IMG/VR virus record: IMGVR_UViG_3300046710_000057
Span: 86,339 to 128,636 of that record
Length of the DNA: 42,298 nt
Origin: a virus
Reading direction: 5' to 3' (one strand)
Shown: in pieces, positions 17,684 through 26,475 of the stretch
Layout: each line of letters opens with the position of its first letter
Position numbering within the stretch: the first letter of the stretch is position 1
Position numbers and translations under genes: made by a program
Notes under the pieces: model-generated
Databases searched by the model: none
What the model was told of the DNA's origin: nothing
What the model saw: the letters and a program-made list of their open reading frames with translations, nothing else

Positions 17684-17715
17684 CTTATCATAGAAAGTTA
17701 GGAGGTGACAATCAA

Positions 17716-18708
17716 GTGGAAATCAATGAGCAACTAAACAAGGCCATTATGGTAGCGACTCTCTCTCCTGGTGGTCGGTTGAACACTGAACAGGCTCGGA
17801 CCTTTATCGACCTGACGGTTGATAGTACGGCACTCATCAAGATGTGTCGTATCATGAGGCCGACCAACGTTCAGGGTGAGTTCGGTAGGTTGCTGTTTGG
17901 CGGAGTTGTAACCGAAGGCGCTAATGAGAACGTTGACAGTGGGAATCTTGTCGTACCGACTCACAGCAAGATCGAATACGCTACCAAGAAACTGCGGTCT
18001 GCTATGGACATCACTCGTGAAACGCTCGAAGAGAACATCGAGGGCGAAGGTTACCAGGATACAGTTATGAACTCCCTGGGAACTAGAATCGGCGTTGACC
18101 TTGAGCTTCTGGCTATTCTGGGCGACACAGTGGCTTACGCTGCTGACGACTCGAATACCGGTAGACTGCTCAAGCACAACAACGGTTGGTTCAAACTGGC
18201 GATTAGTGGCGATGGTACTAATCCTGGTGGACACACCGTTGACTGCGCTGGCGCTACGATCTCGAAGACCATCTTCTCGAAGATGATTCGTGCTCTTCCG
18301 GTTCAGTTCAAACAGAATAGGGCTGCGCTGCGAATCTTCGCCTCGCCGTCCATCATTCAGGACTACCGTGATAACCTGGCGAACAGGCTGACCTCACTCG
18401 GCGACCAGTCTCTCGTTGGTGCTGACCCTCTCAGAGTGTTCGGCGTTCCGATTGTAGAGATTCCGCTCATCCCTGAAGACATGGATTCGTTGGACGGTAG
18501 CGATACATGGGGCGACGCCTCATTTATCTGGCTGTCCATTCCGGCGAACTTCGTCCACGTTATCACCAGGGAGATCGACGTTTACTGGGAGTACAAACCA
18601 AGGAAGGATGCTCTCGAAGCGACGGTCTATACTAGGGTCGATGACATTCTTGAGAACGAGGATGCTATCGTTACCGGTTATGACCTGCGCGTTGCTGGCG
18701 CATCCTAA
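17716..18708 (+). CDS. major capsid protein (HK97 fold, PBSX XkdG/YqbE-like)
   Basis: GTG start with TAGGAGGTGA. Motifs GGRLNTEQARTFID, DIT.ETLEENIEG, DLELLAI.GD and GVPIV.IPLIPED. Follows the protease/scaffold and ends ...VAGAS. Confidence 0.92.
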   Translation: MEINEQLNKAIMVATLSPGGRLNTEQARTFIDLTVDSTALIKMCRIMRPTNVQGEFGRLLFGGVVTEGANENVDSGNLVVPTHSKIEYATKKLRSAMDITRETLEENIEGEGYQDTVMNSLGTRIGVDLELLAILGDTVAYAADDSNTGRLLKHNNGWFKLAISGDGTNPGGHTVDCAGATISKTIFSKMIRALPVQFKQNRAALRIFASPSIIQDYRDNLANRLTSLGDQSLVGADPLRVFGVPIVEIPLIPEDMDSLDGSDTWGDASFIWLSIPANFVHVITREIDVYWEYKPRKDALEATVYTRVDDILENEDAIVTGYDLRVAGAS

Positions 18709-18726
18709 TCGAGATAACGTCGTGAT

Positions 18727-18748
18727 AGGAGGACCATTTTGAGTCCCA
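18727..18748 (+). promoter_or_regulatory. shared 22-nt translation-initiation element, copy 1 (AGGAGGACCA-TTTT-GAGTCCCA)
   Basis: 18 of 22 nt are identical to 26452-26473. Contains the SD and TTG start of the GT9 gene, and GGAC/GTCC can pair. Confidence 0.6.
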
Positions 18749-20004
18749 CAGGTCGTTTTCTTACACTTCGCGGCGGTATCACATACAGGTTGGACGACAA
18801 CGTGTTCCACAAAGATATTCCTGTGCCAATAAACGATGATCGAATCTTTTATCGTTTAATACACACCGGAGTATTCGAGGAAACACCCCCTCTATGTTAT
18901 TACCACATCCGGCATTCGGACCCCACACAGACAAATCCTCGCATCATTCAGATGAGTAACGGTGATTTTCTCCGCACATCTCATGACACTCCCATCAGAA
19001 TGTCACGTTGGCAGTGGCAACAAGTTCGGTATCATCAGTATCTTGAGGTTATGCCACCATTGGAGGTTATCAAGTATCTAGGGAAAGAGGATTTTAGTCT
19101 GATGATCGTCCGAGATATGGGCGTAGGGGATGTAATCATTTGCACAGACCTTGCGTATAATCTCAAGAGGGCGTTTCCTCACTCTAAGATCACGTTTGCT
19201 ACGTCTGAACGATACAAGTCTCTCTTCAATGATCTTGGCTTCGTTGACGAGGTAGTAACTATTGGGACTGTAGACCCTGTTGATTGGGACATCTCTGTCA
19301 ACCTTTGTGGATACTGTGAGCAGTATCCTGCCTGTGCGCATTATCACCGTGCCGATCTACTCGGTCAGGCGTTTGGAGAGTTCCCTTGGAGTGAGGAACG
19401 AGGCGTCCACTTGACATTGAGCATTGAAGAGGAGAAATGGTTTGAGGCATTCAACTCTGAATACAATCCAGAATCGAAGCCGGTCGTTGCGTTACAGCCG
19501 TTTGGAAGCAGTGCTCACCGATCTATGCAGCTTGAATCTATGATTGGCCTTTCTCGGTGGCTCATTGGCGAAGGATACCACGTCTACATCTATGGTCAGA
19601 GTCCAGCCCTTGATCTTGTTAAGTCAAATAAAGATTTGACGATTCTTAATGAATGTCTGGAGTTACGAGAGATATTGGCTATCATCAAAAACAGCGAGTT
19701 TGTCGTAACTCCAGATTCATCAGGGTATCATATTGCGGCAGCATTTGACGTTCCTTCGTTTCCTGCCTTTACAACTATTCATGAACAGGTGCGCGTTCGA
19801 GACTACAATCGTTGTTATCCAATCAGGATAACTGATCTGAACTGTTCTCCTTGTTGGGATAGCCCTTGTGGGACCAAGGATACTCCTTGTGTCACATATC
19901 TGACGGCAGAACGTCTGATTGAGCACATTCAGAAATACAGGTCACAAGGTTATCCTTACATCCGGCAACCTGAGTACCATCCTGCCATAAAGGTGTTGAA
20001 ATGA
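18739..20004 (+). CDS. GT9 (heptosyltransferase-like, GT-B) glycosyltransferase with N-terminal YqbF-like domain(s)
   Basis: RDMGVGDVI, FP.SKIT, VALQP.GS..HR, L.LRE..AII, TPDSS.YHIAAAF.VP and C.PC...C. Has an extra ~110-aa N-terminus. Confidence 0.85.
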   Translation: MSPTGRFLTLRGGITYRLDDNVFHKDIPVPINDDRIFYRLIHTGVFEETPPLCYYHIRHSDPTQTNPRIIQMSNGDFLRTSHDTPIRMSRWQWQQVRYHQYLEVMPPLEVIKYLGKEDFSLMIVRDMGVGDVIICTDLAYNLKRAFPHSKITFATSERYKSLFNDLGFVDEVVTIGTVDPVDWDISVNLCGYCEQYPACAHYHRADLLGQAFGEFPWSEERGVHLTLSIEEEKWFEAFNSEYNPESKPVVALQPFGSSAHRSMQLESMIGLSRWLIGEGYHVYIYGQSPALDLVKSNKDLTILNECLELREILAIIKNSEFVVTPDSSGYHIAAAFDVPSFPAFTTIHEQVRVRDYNRCYPIRITDLNCSPCWDSPCGTKDTPCVTYLTAERLIEHIQKYRSQGYPYIRQPEYHPAIKVLK

Positions 20005-20585
20005 CATTGCACAAGTTTGATGCGCTCATTATCAATAGAAACGTAACATTCGACGCTTGTCGTGTGGTCAAAAGTTTCATTGATTATGGGATTGATATAG
20101 CGTGTGTCGCTGGTATAGGCACGGCTGACCCAGGATTTCTTGTTCGAGATGCCGCTAGAGATTGTGGCAAGAATCTCTTGATTATACCAGGCGCAGTGTT
20201 AGTTGCGAGCAAGATTAACCGCGTCTTGATTATAGGCGCTGTTGACAAAGTTGTAGTTCCTAACAACACTCCACTGAAGGAGATTATAGACATAGCCCAC
20301 GCCAACAATGGGATAGTCGTGGCAATGAATCCAACCAGCATCATAGATGAGGAGAGTTGGACTCTCATTGACGCCTCAATCGTGTATGACAACGCAACGT
20401 TGGCTTGTTCGATTACTCAGGCGTCTTTTGCTATTACAGGTGATCGTATAGATAAAATCGGCAATTCGTATACGACGTTATATAGCAAGAACGTAAGATC
20501 GTACGAAGAGATGCAAAAGGAAATAAACAACTCGCCTGAATTGTTTGTTCCTTTCGTCAACAACGAAAGATTGGTCGCAAAGTAA
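20001..20585 (+). CDS. degenerate PHP-fold protein lacking metal ligands
   Basis: The scaffold pattern GID.A.V...LLIIPG...L.EIID.AH..NGIVVA.NP matches PHP phosphoesterases, but the His/Asp/Glu ligands are absent. Confidence 0.5.
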   Translation: MTLHKFDALIINRNVTFDACRVVKSFIDYGIDIACVAGIGTADPGFLVRDAARDCGKNLLIIPGAVLVASKINRVLIIGAVDKVVVPNNTPLKEIIDIAHANNGIVVAMNPTSIIDEESWTLIDASIVYDNATLACSITQASFAITGDRIDKIGNSYTTLYSKNVRSYEEMQKEINNSPELFVPFVNNERLVAK

Positions 20586-20587
20586 CA

Positions 20588-22405
20588 ATGGTCTATCAAA
20601 GTCATACTGGAATCAAAGCGTTACACGTCATAGAAACGTTTTGCATGGGTGGTGCTCAACGCATAGCGGTATCTATCTGTGCTGGGTTTCCTGGCTCGGC
20701 TGTTTGTTACTATCAAGCATACAATACTCCACCTTTGGCTTTCCCAGATTTGCTGGACAAGTATTGCATCAAGTGTGATCACATTCCACGATTTGAAGAT
20801 ATGGTAAGAAAGTTCAAATATGAACAATTTGACATACTTCATATTCATTGGTGTGGAGACGGCATAACAACAGATCGACTGACAAACTGGGATACCATCA
20901 GGGCAGAAAGAATCCCTTACATCATTTCGTCTCACTCGAACACCGTGTTCCCTTACAAACACTTGAACCTTATTTGTGAAGCCGAATCACAGTATAAAAT
21001 GCAGAAGTGTGAAACGAAGTTGATATACAACGGATTAGACGACTCTGATGCTTTCGTTTATGACCGAGAATACCCACAAAAAGACAAAATAGTCATCGGT
21101 TTTGTCTCAAGACTGGACGATAAGTTGGGGGTAAAAGCGCCGGTAAAAATGTGTGACGCCGTATCAACGATGAACAAGGCTTTCAAGTTTGTTGTGATAG
21201 GAGATGGTCTGCGCAGATCGTCGTTCGTTGATGTTTTCAAACAACGAAAGGTTGAGTTTGAAATGCTTGGAAACAGAGACGATATAAGTGAATGTCTGAA
21301 AGACCTGGACATCTTTTTGTATCCCACTCAAGCAGACAACTTCCCAACTGTGGTAACAGAAGCTATGTTGTCTGGCTTACCGATAGTCGCTCCGCCAATA
21401 GGAGATATACCATTCATGTTGGCTGATGGCAGAGGATATGCTATTGAATGGGAAGAGATGCCAGACGTGATGAAAGTGTTGTCAGGCAATCATAAGAAAA
21501 GACAGATTGTAGGTAATCGAGCAAAACAATTTGCCATGAGTGGATTTTCACACGAAACAATGATCAAATCATACGAAGAAGAGTATGTGAAGATCATTCA
21601 TGACACCAACAAGGAGTATTACAGTATGTCTGACGACAACGATTGCCTTACAGAACCAACGGTTTCTGTTGTTGTGCCGACGTACCGAAGGCCAAATGAG
21701 GCATATCGGTGCGTGCAATATTTGCTGAAGCAAGATTTGCCTGTCGAGATTGTTGTTGTCAACGATGGCGACTGTGAATCAGATTACAGCAAGGTCAAGG
21801 CACTGCCGGTGAAATATATTCAATTACAATCGAATCACGGCTTGAGTGCCGCACGCAATATAGGAATCAAGGCAGCAAAAGGCCAATACATCGGATTCTG
21901 TGATGACGACGACAGATGGTATCCGTCATTTGCCAGAAGACTGGCATTGGAACTCAAAAGGAAAGGCGCGTCGGTAGTTTATGGTGTTGGATTTGGGGTT
22001 CGTGGAACACAGGTTGTTGATAAGATAGACCTCAGAATGTTCGATGAACCGTTTGATGGCAAGGAGTTGTATTGCAGAAACTTCATTGCCATGCCTGCAA
22101 CGATGATTCGTAAGTCTGTTTTGGTCGAAGTTGGTGGTTTTGACGAAGCGATGCACCAAAATGGAATGTCAGGACCAGAAGACTTAGAGTTATGGATTCG
22201 GTTAATGCTTGCCGGACACAAGTTTGTAAGGTGTGCGTTCATCGGTCTTGTATACAACATGGGCGAAGAAAGGTTTACAACAACTACTGTCAACAACGGT
22301 GCTATGGCAAAGGGGATGCGGTATATCGCAGACAAACATAAAGTCGAATTAGGATATACCGATTCCAAAGGCAAAAACTTCTGCGAGGTAGACAACGATG
22401 AATGA
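20588..22405 (+). CDS. GT4-GT2 fused glycosyltransferase
   Basis: GT4: MGGAQR, GFVSRL..K, VIGDG, DIFLYP...DNFPTVVTEAM.SGLPIV. GT2: VSVVVPTY.R, VVNDG, GLSAARN.GI, FCDDDD, EDLELWIRL. Confidence 0.9.
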   Translation: MVYQSHTGIKALHVIETFCMGGAQRIAVSICAGFPGSAVCYYQAYNTPPLAFPDLLDKYCIKCDHIPRFEDMVRKFKYEQFDILHIHWCGDGITTDRLTNWDTIRAERIPYIISSHSNTVFPYKHLNLICEAESQYKMQKCETKLIYNGLDDSDAFVYDREYPQKDKIVIGFVSRLDDKLGVKAPVKMCDAVSTMNKAFKFVVIGDGLRRSSFVDVFKQRKVEFEMLGNRDDISECLKDLDIFLYPTQADNFPTVVTEAMLSGLPIVAPPIGDIPFMLADGRGYAIEWEEMPDVMKVLSGNHKKRQIVGNRAKQFAMSGFSHETMIKSYEEEYVKIIHDTNKEYYSMSDDNDCLTEPTVSVVVPTYRRPNEAYRCVQYLLKQDLPVEIVVVNDGDCESDYSKVKALPVKYIQLQSNHGLSAARNIGIKAAKGQYIGFCDDDDRWYPSFARRLALELKRKGASVVYGVGFGVRGTQVVDKIDLRMFDEPFDGKELYCRNFIAMPATMIRKSVLVEVGGFDEAMHQNGMSGPEDLELWIRLMLAGHKFVRCAFIGLVYNMGEERFTTTTVNNGAMAKGMRYIADKHKVELGYTDSKGKNFCEVDNDE

Positions 22406-23483
22406 CAATGCGCTTTCTGAATTGTTAGAACGAGAACCAGCAAGCATTGATTTGAAGGCTGAGACGTATCTAACCGGCAAAAAGGTTCTAGTGACTGGAG
22501 CAGGCGGAAGCGTCGGTAGCTATCTGTGCAAGATTATAGCGTATGCTCATCCTGCGCTGCTTATCCTGGTAGGACATGGCGAAGATTCGATACATCGTAT
22601 CTATGGCGATTTGCGTGCTCAATTTCCTACTGTAGAGATCGAGTTTGCTATTGCCAGCGTCGCACACGAATACCAGATGATGCAACTGTTTGAGCGGTAT
22701 AAGCCTGACTACGTGTTCCATGCGGCTGCACACAAGCATGTTCCTTTGATGGAAAACAATGAGCAAGAGGCAGTCAGGAACAACGTGATAGGGACACACA
22801 ATGTCGCTCAGGCAAGTGGGTATGTTGGGGTAAGGCAAATGGTCCTTATTTCGACGGATAAGGCTGTAGACCCATATTGCATCATGGGAATGACCAAACT
22901 GTTGGGCGAAGAAACGATGCGAATAATGAGCAAATATTGGCCGAACACTGCTTTCACTGCGGTTCGTTTTGGCAATGTTCTTGGTAGCACAGGTAGTGTA
23001 ATACCAATATTCGCCAAACAAATCGAATCAGGTGGACCAGTGACGGTAACTCATCCAGATATGACTCGTTACTTCATGACGCCTACTGAAGCTGTTTCGT
23101 TGGTGTTACAGGCTGGAGGATTCGGCACATCTGGGGAACTGTATCTGCTGGATATGGGAGAGCCATTCAGAATTACACGGTTGGCAGAGAACATGATCAA
23201 ATCCTATGGTCTTGAACCGTATACCGGCATTAGTATTGTCTTTTCAGGGGTAAGACCTGGAGAGAAGCTGACTGAGACTTTGATAGCAAACAACGAAGAG
23301 TTCAAACCTACATCAGACAAGCGTATACTGCTCGTTGTCAAACCTGACATGTTCGATAACGATGAGTTCTCTAAGATTCTTCATCGCCTTCGATACAAGG
23401 CCGACTGCACGACCGGCGCAGAGACACGAGAGGCGTTGTGCGAAGTTGTCGAGTCGATTACTCAACGGCGTATAATGAAGTAG
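22398..23483 (+). CDS. CapD/PglF-like UDP-N-acetylhexosamine 4,6-dehydratase (soluble catalytic domain only)
   Basis: VLVTGAGGSVGS, FHAAAHKHVPLME, STDKAV, MGMTK, VRFGNVLGS.GSVIP, MTRYFMT and RPGEKL.E. Confidence 0.92.
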   Translation: MNDNALSELLEREPASIDLKAETYLTGKKVLVTGAGGSVGSYLCKIIAYAHPALLILVGHGEDSIHRIYGDLRAQFPTVEIEFAIASVAHEYQMMQLFERYKPDYVFHAAAHKHVPLMENNEQEAVRNNVIGTHNVAQASGYVGVRQMVLISTDKAVDPYCIMGMTKLLGEETMRIMSKYWPNTAFTAVRFGNVLGSTGSVIPIFAKQIESGGPVTVTHPDMTRYFMTPTEAVSLVLQAGGFGTSGELYLLDMGEPFRITRLAENMIKSYGLEPYTGISIVFSGVRPGEKLTETLIANNEEFKPTSDKRILLVVKPDMFDNDEFSKILHRLRYKADCTTGAETREALCEVVESITQRRIMK

Positions 23484-23496
23484 GAGGTGAGCCGTA

Positions 23497-24156
23497 ATGT
23501 ATTGTACAGTCAAAAACATCACTGATCTTCTTGAGGGCGTAGACGAGTACGACCCTCTTGTTTGGACGGACGCTGCTGTTGCCAGTCTAGCTGACGATAT
23601 AGCCCAACCTTACTTTGAGGAAGTCCTTTGTGGCGGTCGAAGTTTTGGCAACGCTGAGTATACTGAACATCTGGATGGAACAGGAGACTGCTATCTTCGT
23701 TTGAGCAACTATCCGATTACCACGGTCAGCGCGTTGACGATAGACGGTGTGGTGGTTGATCTGACAGACCCAGCCGAAGAAGTGTTTATCTACAAGACTC
23801 GTATCGCCAGAAAGACCAATTTCCCATCAGGGATGCAGAACGTCGTAATCACCTACGAAGCTGGCTATGACACGATTCCCAAAAGCGTTGCTTCAGCTAT
23901 TGCTCTGTTGTGTGCTATGCACATATCTCGTGTCTGTGGCAGTGGTGGAGGGGCGATTGCAAGTGGCATCAGTGCTGGTCCTATTGCTCTAAGAGAGGCT
24001 TTCTCGGCTGCCGGTAAGTATTCGGACAAGATTTCCGACTGGAACAAGATCGTTCTCAAGACGGCACGTATCTATAATGGAACTAAGCCGATTGGTCAGC
24101 CTCGGAAGAATCAACCAGGCAAGTACTACGAACCGAGAACGGATAGGTGGTTGTAA
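23497..24156 (+). CDS. head-tail adaptor/connector
   Basis: YCTV..I start, E..DG.G...L.L..YPI..V, F..G.QNV.ITY.AGY..IP. SD AGGAGGTGA and position after the head genes. Confidence 0.8.
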   Translation: MYCTVKNITDLLEGVDEYDPLVWTDAAVASLADDIAQPYFEEVLCGGRSFGNAEYTEHLDGTGDCYLRLSNYPITTVSALTIDGVVVDLTDPAEEVFIYKTRIARKTNFPSGMQNVVITYEAGYDTIPKSVASAIALLCAMHISRVCGSGGGAIASGISAGPIALREAFSAAGKYSDKISDWNKIVLKTARIYNGTKPIGQPRKNQPGKYYEPRTDRWL

Positions 24157-24626
24157 TGACTGCTAACCCTGGGACATACTGGAAACGCAAGTTCAGAGAC
24201 AAGCTGAAGCCACTTATGTATTCAGTGCGCCTCTACCGGTATTCTTATGAGCCAACACACTGTCCTGGTGGATGGGGTAATGATCGTGACGAGTTCGACG
24301 TTGAAGCTGATGTCGCTTATCACATTGACAATCCGACTGCGACTGTTTGCCGTAACGGATTGCTGGGCGACATCGAGATACTGGACATCAAAGGATTCTA
24401 TTTCAGTAGCATGACATCTTCTCAACTGAAGATGCTGGCTATAGACACTTTGGATGTCAACGAAGGCGTGTTTGTGATCGACGGATACATCAACATGGAT
24501 TGGCCGGTAGTCATTGAGTATCCTGCTGACACTTTCCATTCGGTGATCTTTTGTCGTGACTTGGTTCTGGCTGACGTAGCGATTGCTCGGTATGCCAAGC
24601 TCAAGAAGACTGAGTATACGCCGTAA
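24156..24626 (+). CDS. putative head-closure (stopper) protein
   Basis: TAATG coupling with the adaptor gene, and position in the neck cluster. Confidence 0.5.
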   Translation: MTANPGTYWKRKFRDKLKPLMYSVRLYRYSYEPTHCPGGWGNDRDEFDVEADVAYHIDNPTATVCRNGLLGDIEILDIKGFYFSSMTSSQLKMLAIDTLDVNEGVFVIDGYINMDWPVVIEYPADTFHSVIFCRDLVLADVAIARYAKLKKTEYTP

Positions 24627-25120
24627 TGCAAACAAACGACTTTCGACAATTCACAGATCGGTTCAGAAAGTTCGGAGTCAACTTTCAACGAGAGTTCCAA
24701 CAGGAACTTGATGTGATGTGGGCCGACTTTGAAACAGATTTAAGAGCGGCGATTTACGAGGCTGCTCCTGATCAGATCAAAGCGTTTGCTACTGACCCAT
24801 CGGCACTTGAGCTAGTTAGGACCGAAACTGGTTGTCAGTTGAAACTTAACGCGCATGTGAAGCCAGGGCGTATATTGATAGTGTGGGAGTTGGGAGATAT
24901 AAGGTCTGTTCCTTATGAAATCACTCCTCGATTCAAAAAGGCTCTGATGTTCATTGGCAGAGACGGAGAGAAGGTCTTTGCTGCTCGTGTTGTCATTAAG
25001 ACGGCAGTGCCGCCACATCGGTTCATTAGATTGGCTTGGCGGAGAGTAACGAAGAAGTACCGTCAAAGGATAAACAGGGCTGTAGCGAATGCTGCTAAAA
25101 AGGCAGGCGAACAACTGTGA
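24626..25120 (+). CDS. putative neck/tail-completion protein (HK97 gp10-like)
   Basis: Basic protein with YEITPR.KKAL.F....VFA.RV...PP..FIR.A motif, in the neck position. Confidence 0.65.
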   Translation: MQTNDFRQFTDRFRKFGVNFQREFQQELDVMWADFETDLRAAIYEAAPDQIKAFATDPSALELVRTETGCQLKLNAHVKPGRILIVWELGDIRSVPYEITPRFKKALMFIGRDGEKVFAARVVIKTAVPPHRFIRLAWRRVTKKYRQRINRAVANAAKKAGEQL

Positions 25121-25614
25121 GTGACAACTTCATCAATGAGTTTCAGAGTGCGCTCAAGGCTTATCTTGAGTCCTACTTTAGCCTGAAGAATGCTGATGTT
25201 CAGGTAGACATTGGCTGGCCTAACTATACTGACAAACTGCCACTTGTTAAGCCGCACGTTACAGTCTCTATAGATGCTGACGTTACAATGGGTTCTCCTG
25301 GCTTTGGTGATCTCCTTGATGATGAAGAAACAACTGGAGCCATAGCAGAGTTTTCGGTATTTGTTGACGTGTGGACATCACGCGGAGGGTCTAACAAACC
25401 CAGCAAAGCTGGCGGCAAGACTGGTGCATCTAAAATCCTGGCTCTCGTCCTCAAGGCGTTCTCTAAGGACGACAAACTATGTTACGATGCGTGCTCGATG
25501 ATTGATGAGATCAAAAACTGTGAGAAGCGATACTCACGCAATCCTGCGTGGTTCGATGAAGCGGACATATTCCAAGAAAATGTCGAACTCACAGTGAGAG
25601 TGGTAGTTCAATAA
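25117..25614 (+). CDS. putative tail terminator
   Basis: GTGA overlap, P.VTV...F.VDVW pattern, immediately before the tail tube gene. Confidence 0.6.
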   Translation: MSDNFINEFQSALKAYLESYFSLKNADVQVDIGWPNYTDKLPLVKPHVTVSIDADVTMGSPGFGDLLDDEETTGAIAEFSVFVDVWTSRGGSNKPSKAGGKTGASKILALVLKAFSKDDKLCYDACSMIDEIKNCEKRYSRNPAWFDEADIFQENVELTVRVVVQ

Positions 25615-25690
25615 TCGTGCATTGTTTTCTGATCTCCACAGAGTAGGAGTATAAAGAAGAAGAAGACCTTGATAGGAGGTGACTTTGTAA

Positions 25691-26440
25691 ATGGATACTT
25701 CTGCGAGACAACTTGACAAAGGTCGGCGTATGCGAGTGTACGTCGGTGACCAGGGACCGATTGCTGGCGTTCAGGCGTTTGAAGTAACAGCTACCGAAGC
25801 TCTGAACAGATTCGGCGAGTACGATTCTGAAGAGCAGGTGATTGACGTTCAGATTCCTGAAACTAACGGCTTTGTCGAAATGTTCGACTCGGAACGAGTA
25901 GAGTTCTACAAGGCTCTGCTTGGTGAGACGGATGCTGCGAAGATTGTTGACCTGCGCATCGGTGACTTCGGTACACCGTGGATTGCGGTCAACGTCTGGA
26001 ACAAGGCGAAGACGAAATACGTGAAGGCGGCTTTCGTTAAGAGACCTACGTTCAACAACCATCCGTATCCGACCAACCTGAACGACTCGGTTATTCTGCG
26101 TTGGGAGTTTGCGGCCTCGACATTCGTCAAACTGCCGCATCACGCTTGCGCAATCGACACGTTCACTCTCGAAGAGGGTGCGAACCAAGTTCTGTCACTC
26201 TCGAAGTCTGCTGTTCAGCTTCGTGATGGGAGTTACGTTCTCGGCGCTGTAGAGAAGGTTAGTCTTGGTGGTACTCCTGCGAAATACGAGTATCTCGAAC
26301 TGACCGTCTCTGGTTCTACTTCTTCGGCCTGCACGGTTGCAAGAGGAGACGGAACCAGCCTCGGCGACGGCATCGTTCTGGTCTATTACGCCTATGTTTC
26401 GACAAGCGAGACAGCGGAATGGCCTGGGCAGACCGTCTAA
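25691..26440 (+). CDS. major tail (tube) protein
   Basis: Strong SD TAGGAGGTGA and codon usage resembling the capsid gene. Lies between the terminator and the chaperone/TMP genes, with no sheath gene present. Confidence 0.7.
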   Translation: MDTSARQLDKGRRMRVYVGDQGPIAGVQAFEVTATEALNRFGEYDSEEQVIDVQIPETNGFVEMFDSERVEFYKALLGETDAAKIVDLRIGDFGTPWIAVNVWNKAKTKYVKAAFVKRPTFNNHPYPTNLNDSVILRWEFAASTFVKLPHHACAIDTFTLEEGANQVLSLSKSAVQLRDGSYVLGAVEKVSLGGTPAKYEYLELTVSGSTSSACTVARGDGTSLGDGIVLVYYAYVSTSETAEWPGQTV

Positions 26441-26451
26441 TCGGAATCAAA

Positions 26452-26473
26452 AGGAGGACCACAAGGAGTCCCA
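26452..26473 (+). promoter_or_regulatory. shared 22-nt translation-initiation element, copy 2 (AGGAGGACCA-CAAG-GAGTCCCA)
   Basis: 18 of 22 nt are identical to 18727-18748. Starts 11 nt after the tail-tube stop and ends 2 nt before ATG 26476. Confidence 0.6.
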
Positions 26474-26475
26474 TT

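Noticed and set aside
17681-17700. TAACTT...AAGTTA inverted repeat before the capsid SD as a terminator
   Set aside because: It is a weak AT-rich stem with no U-tract and is likely incidental.
18706-18741. Stop read-through fusing the capsid protein to the in-frame GT9
   Set aside because: A second in-frame TAA lies at 18715-18717, and GT9 has its own SD.
18739-23483. Cassette as O-antigen conversion (gtrABC-type) or DNA-hypermodification locus
   Set aside because: There is no flippase, polymerase or membrane GT, and no base-hydroxymethylase or replication genes nearby. The late structural context fits virion targets better, though these alternatives are not formally excluded.
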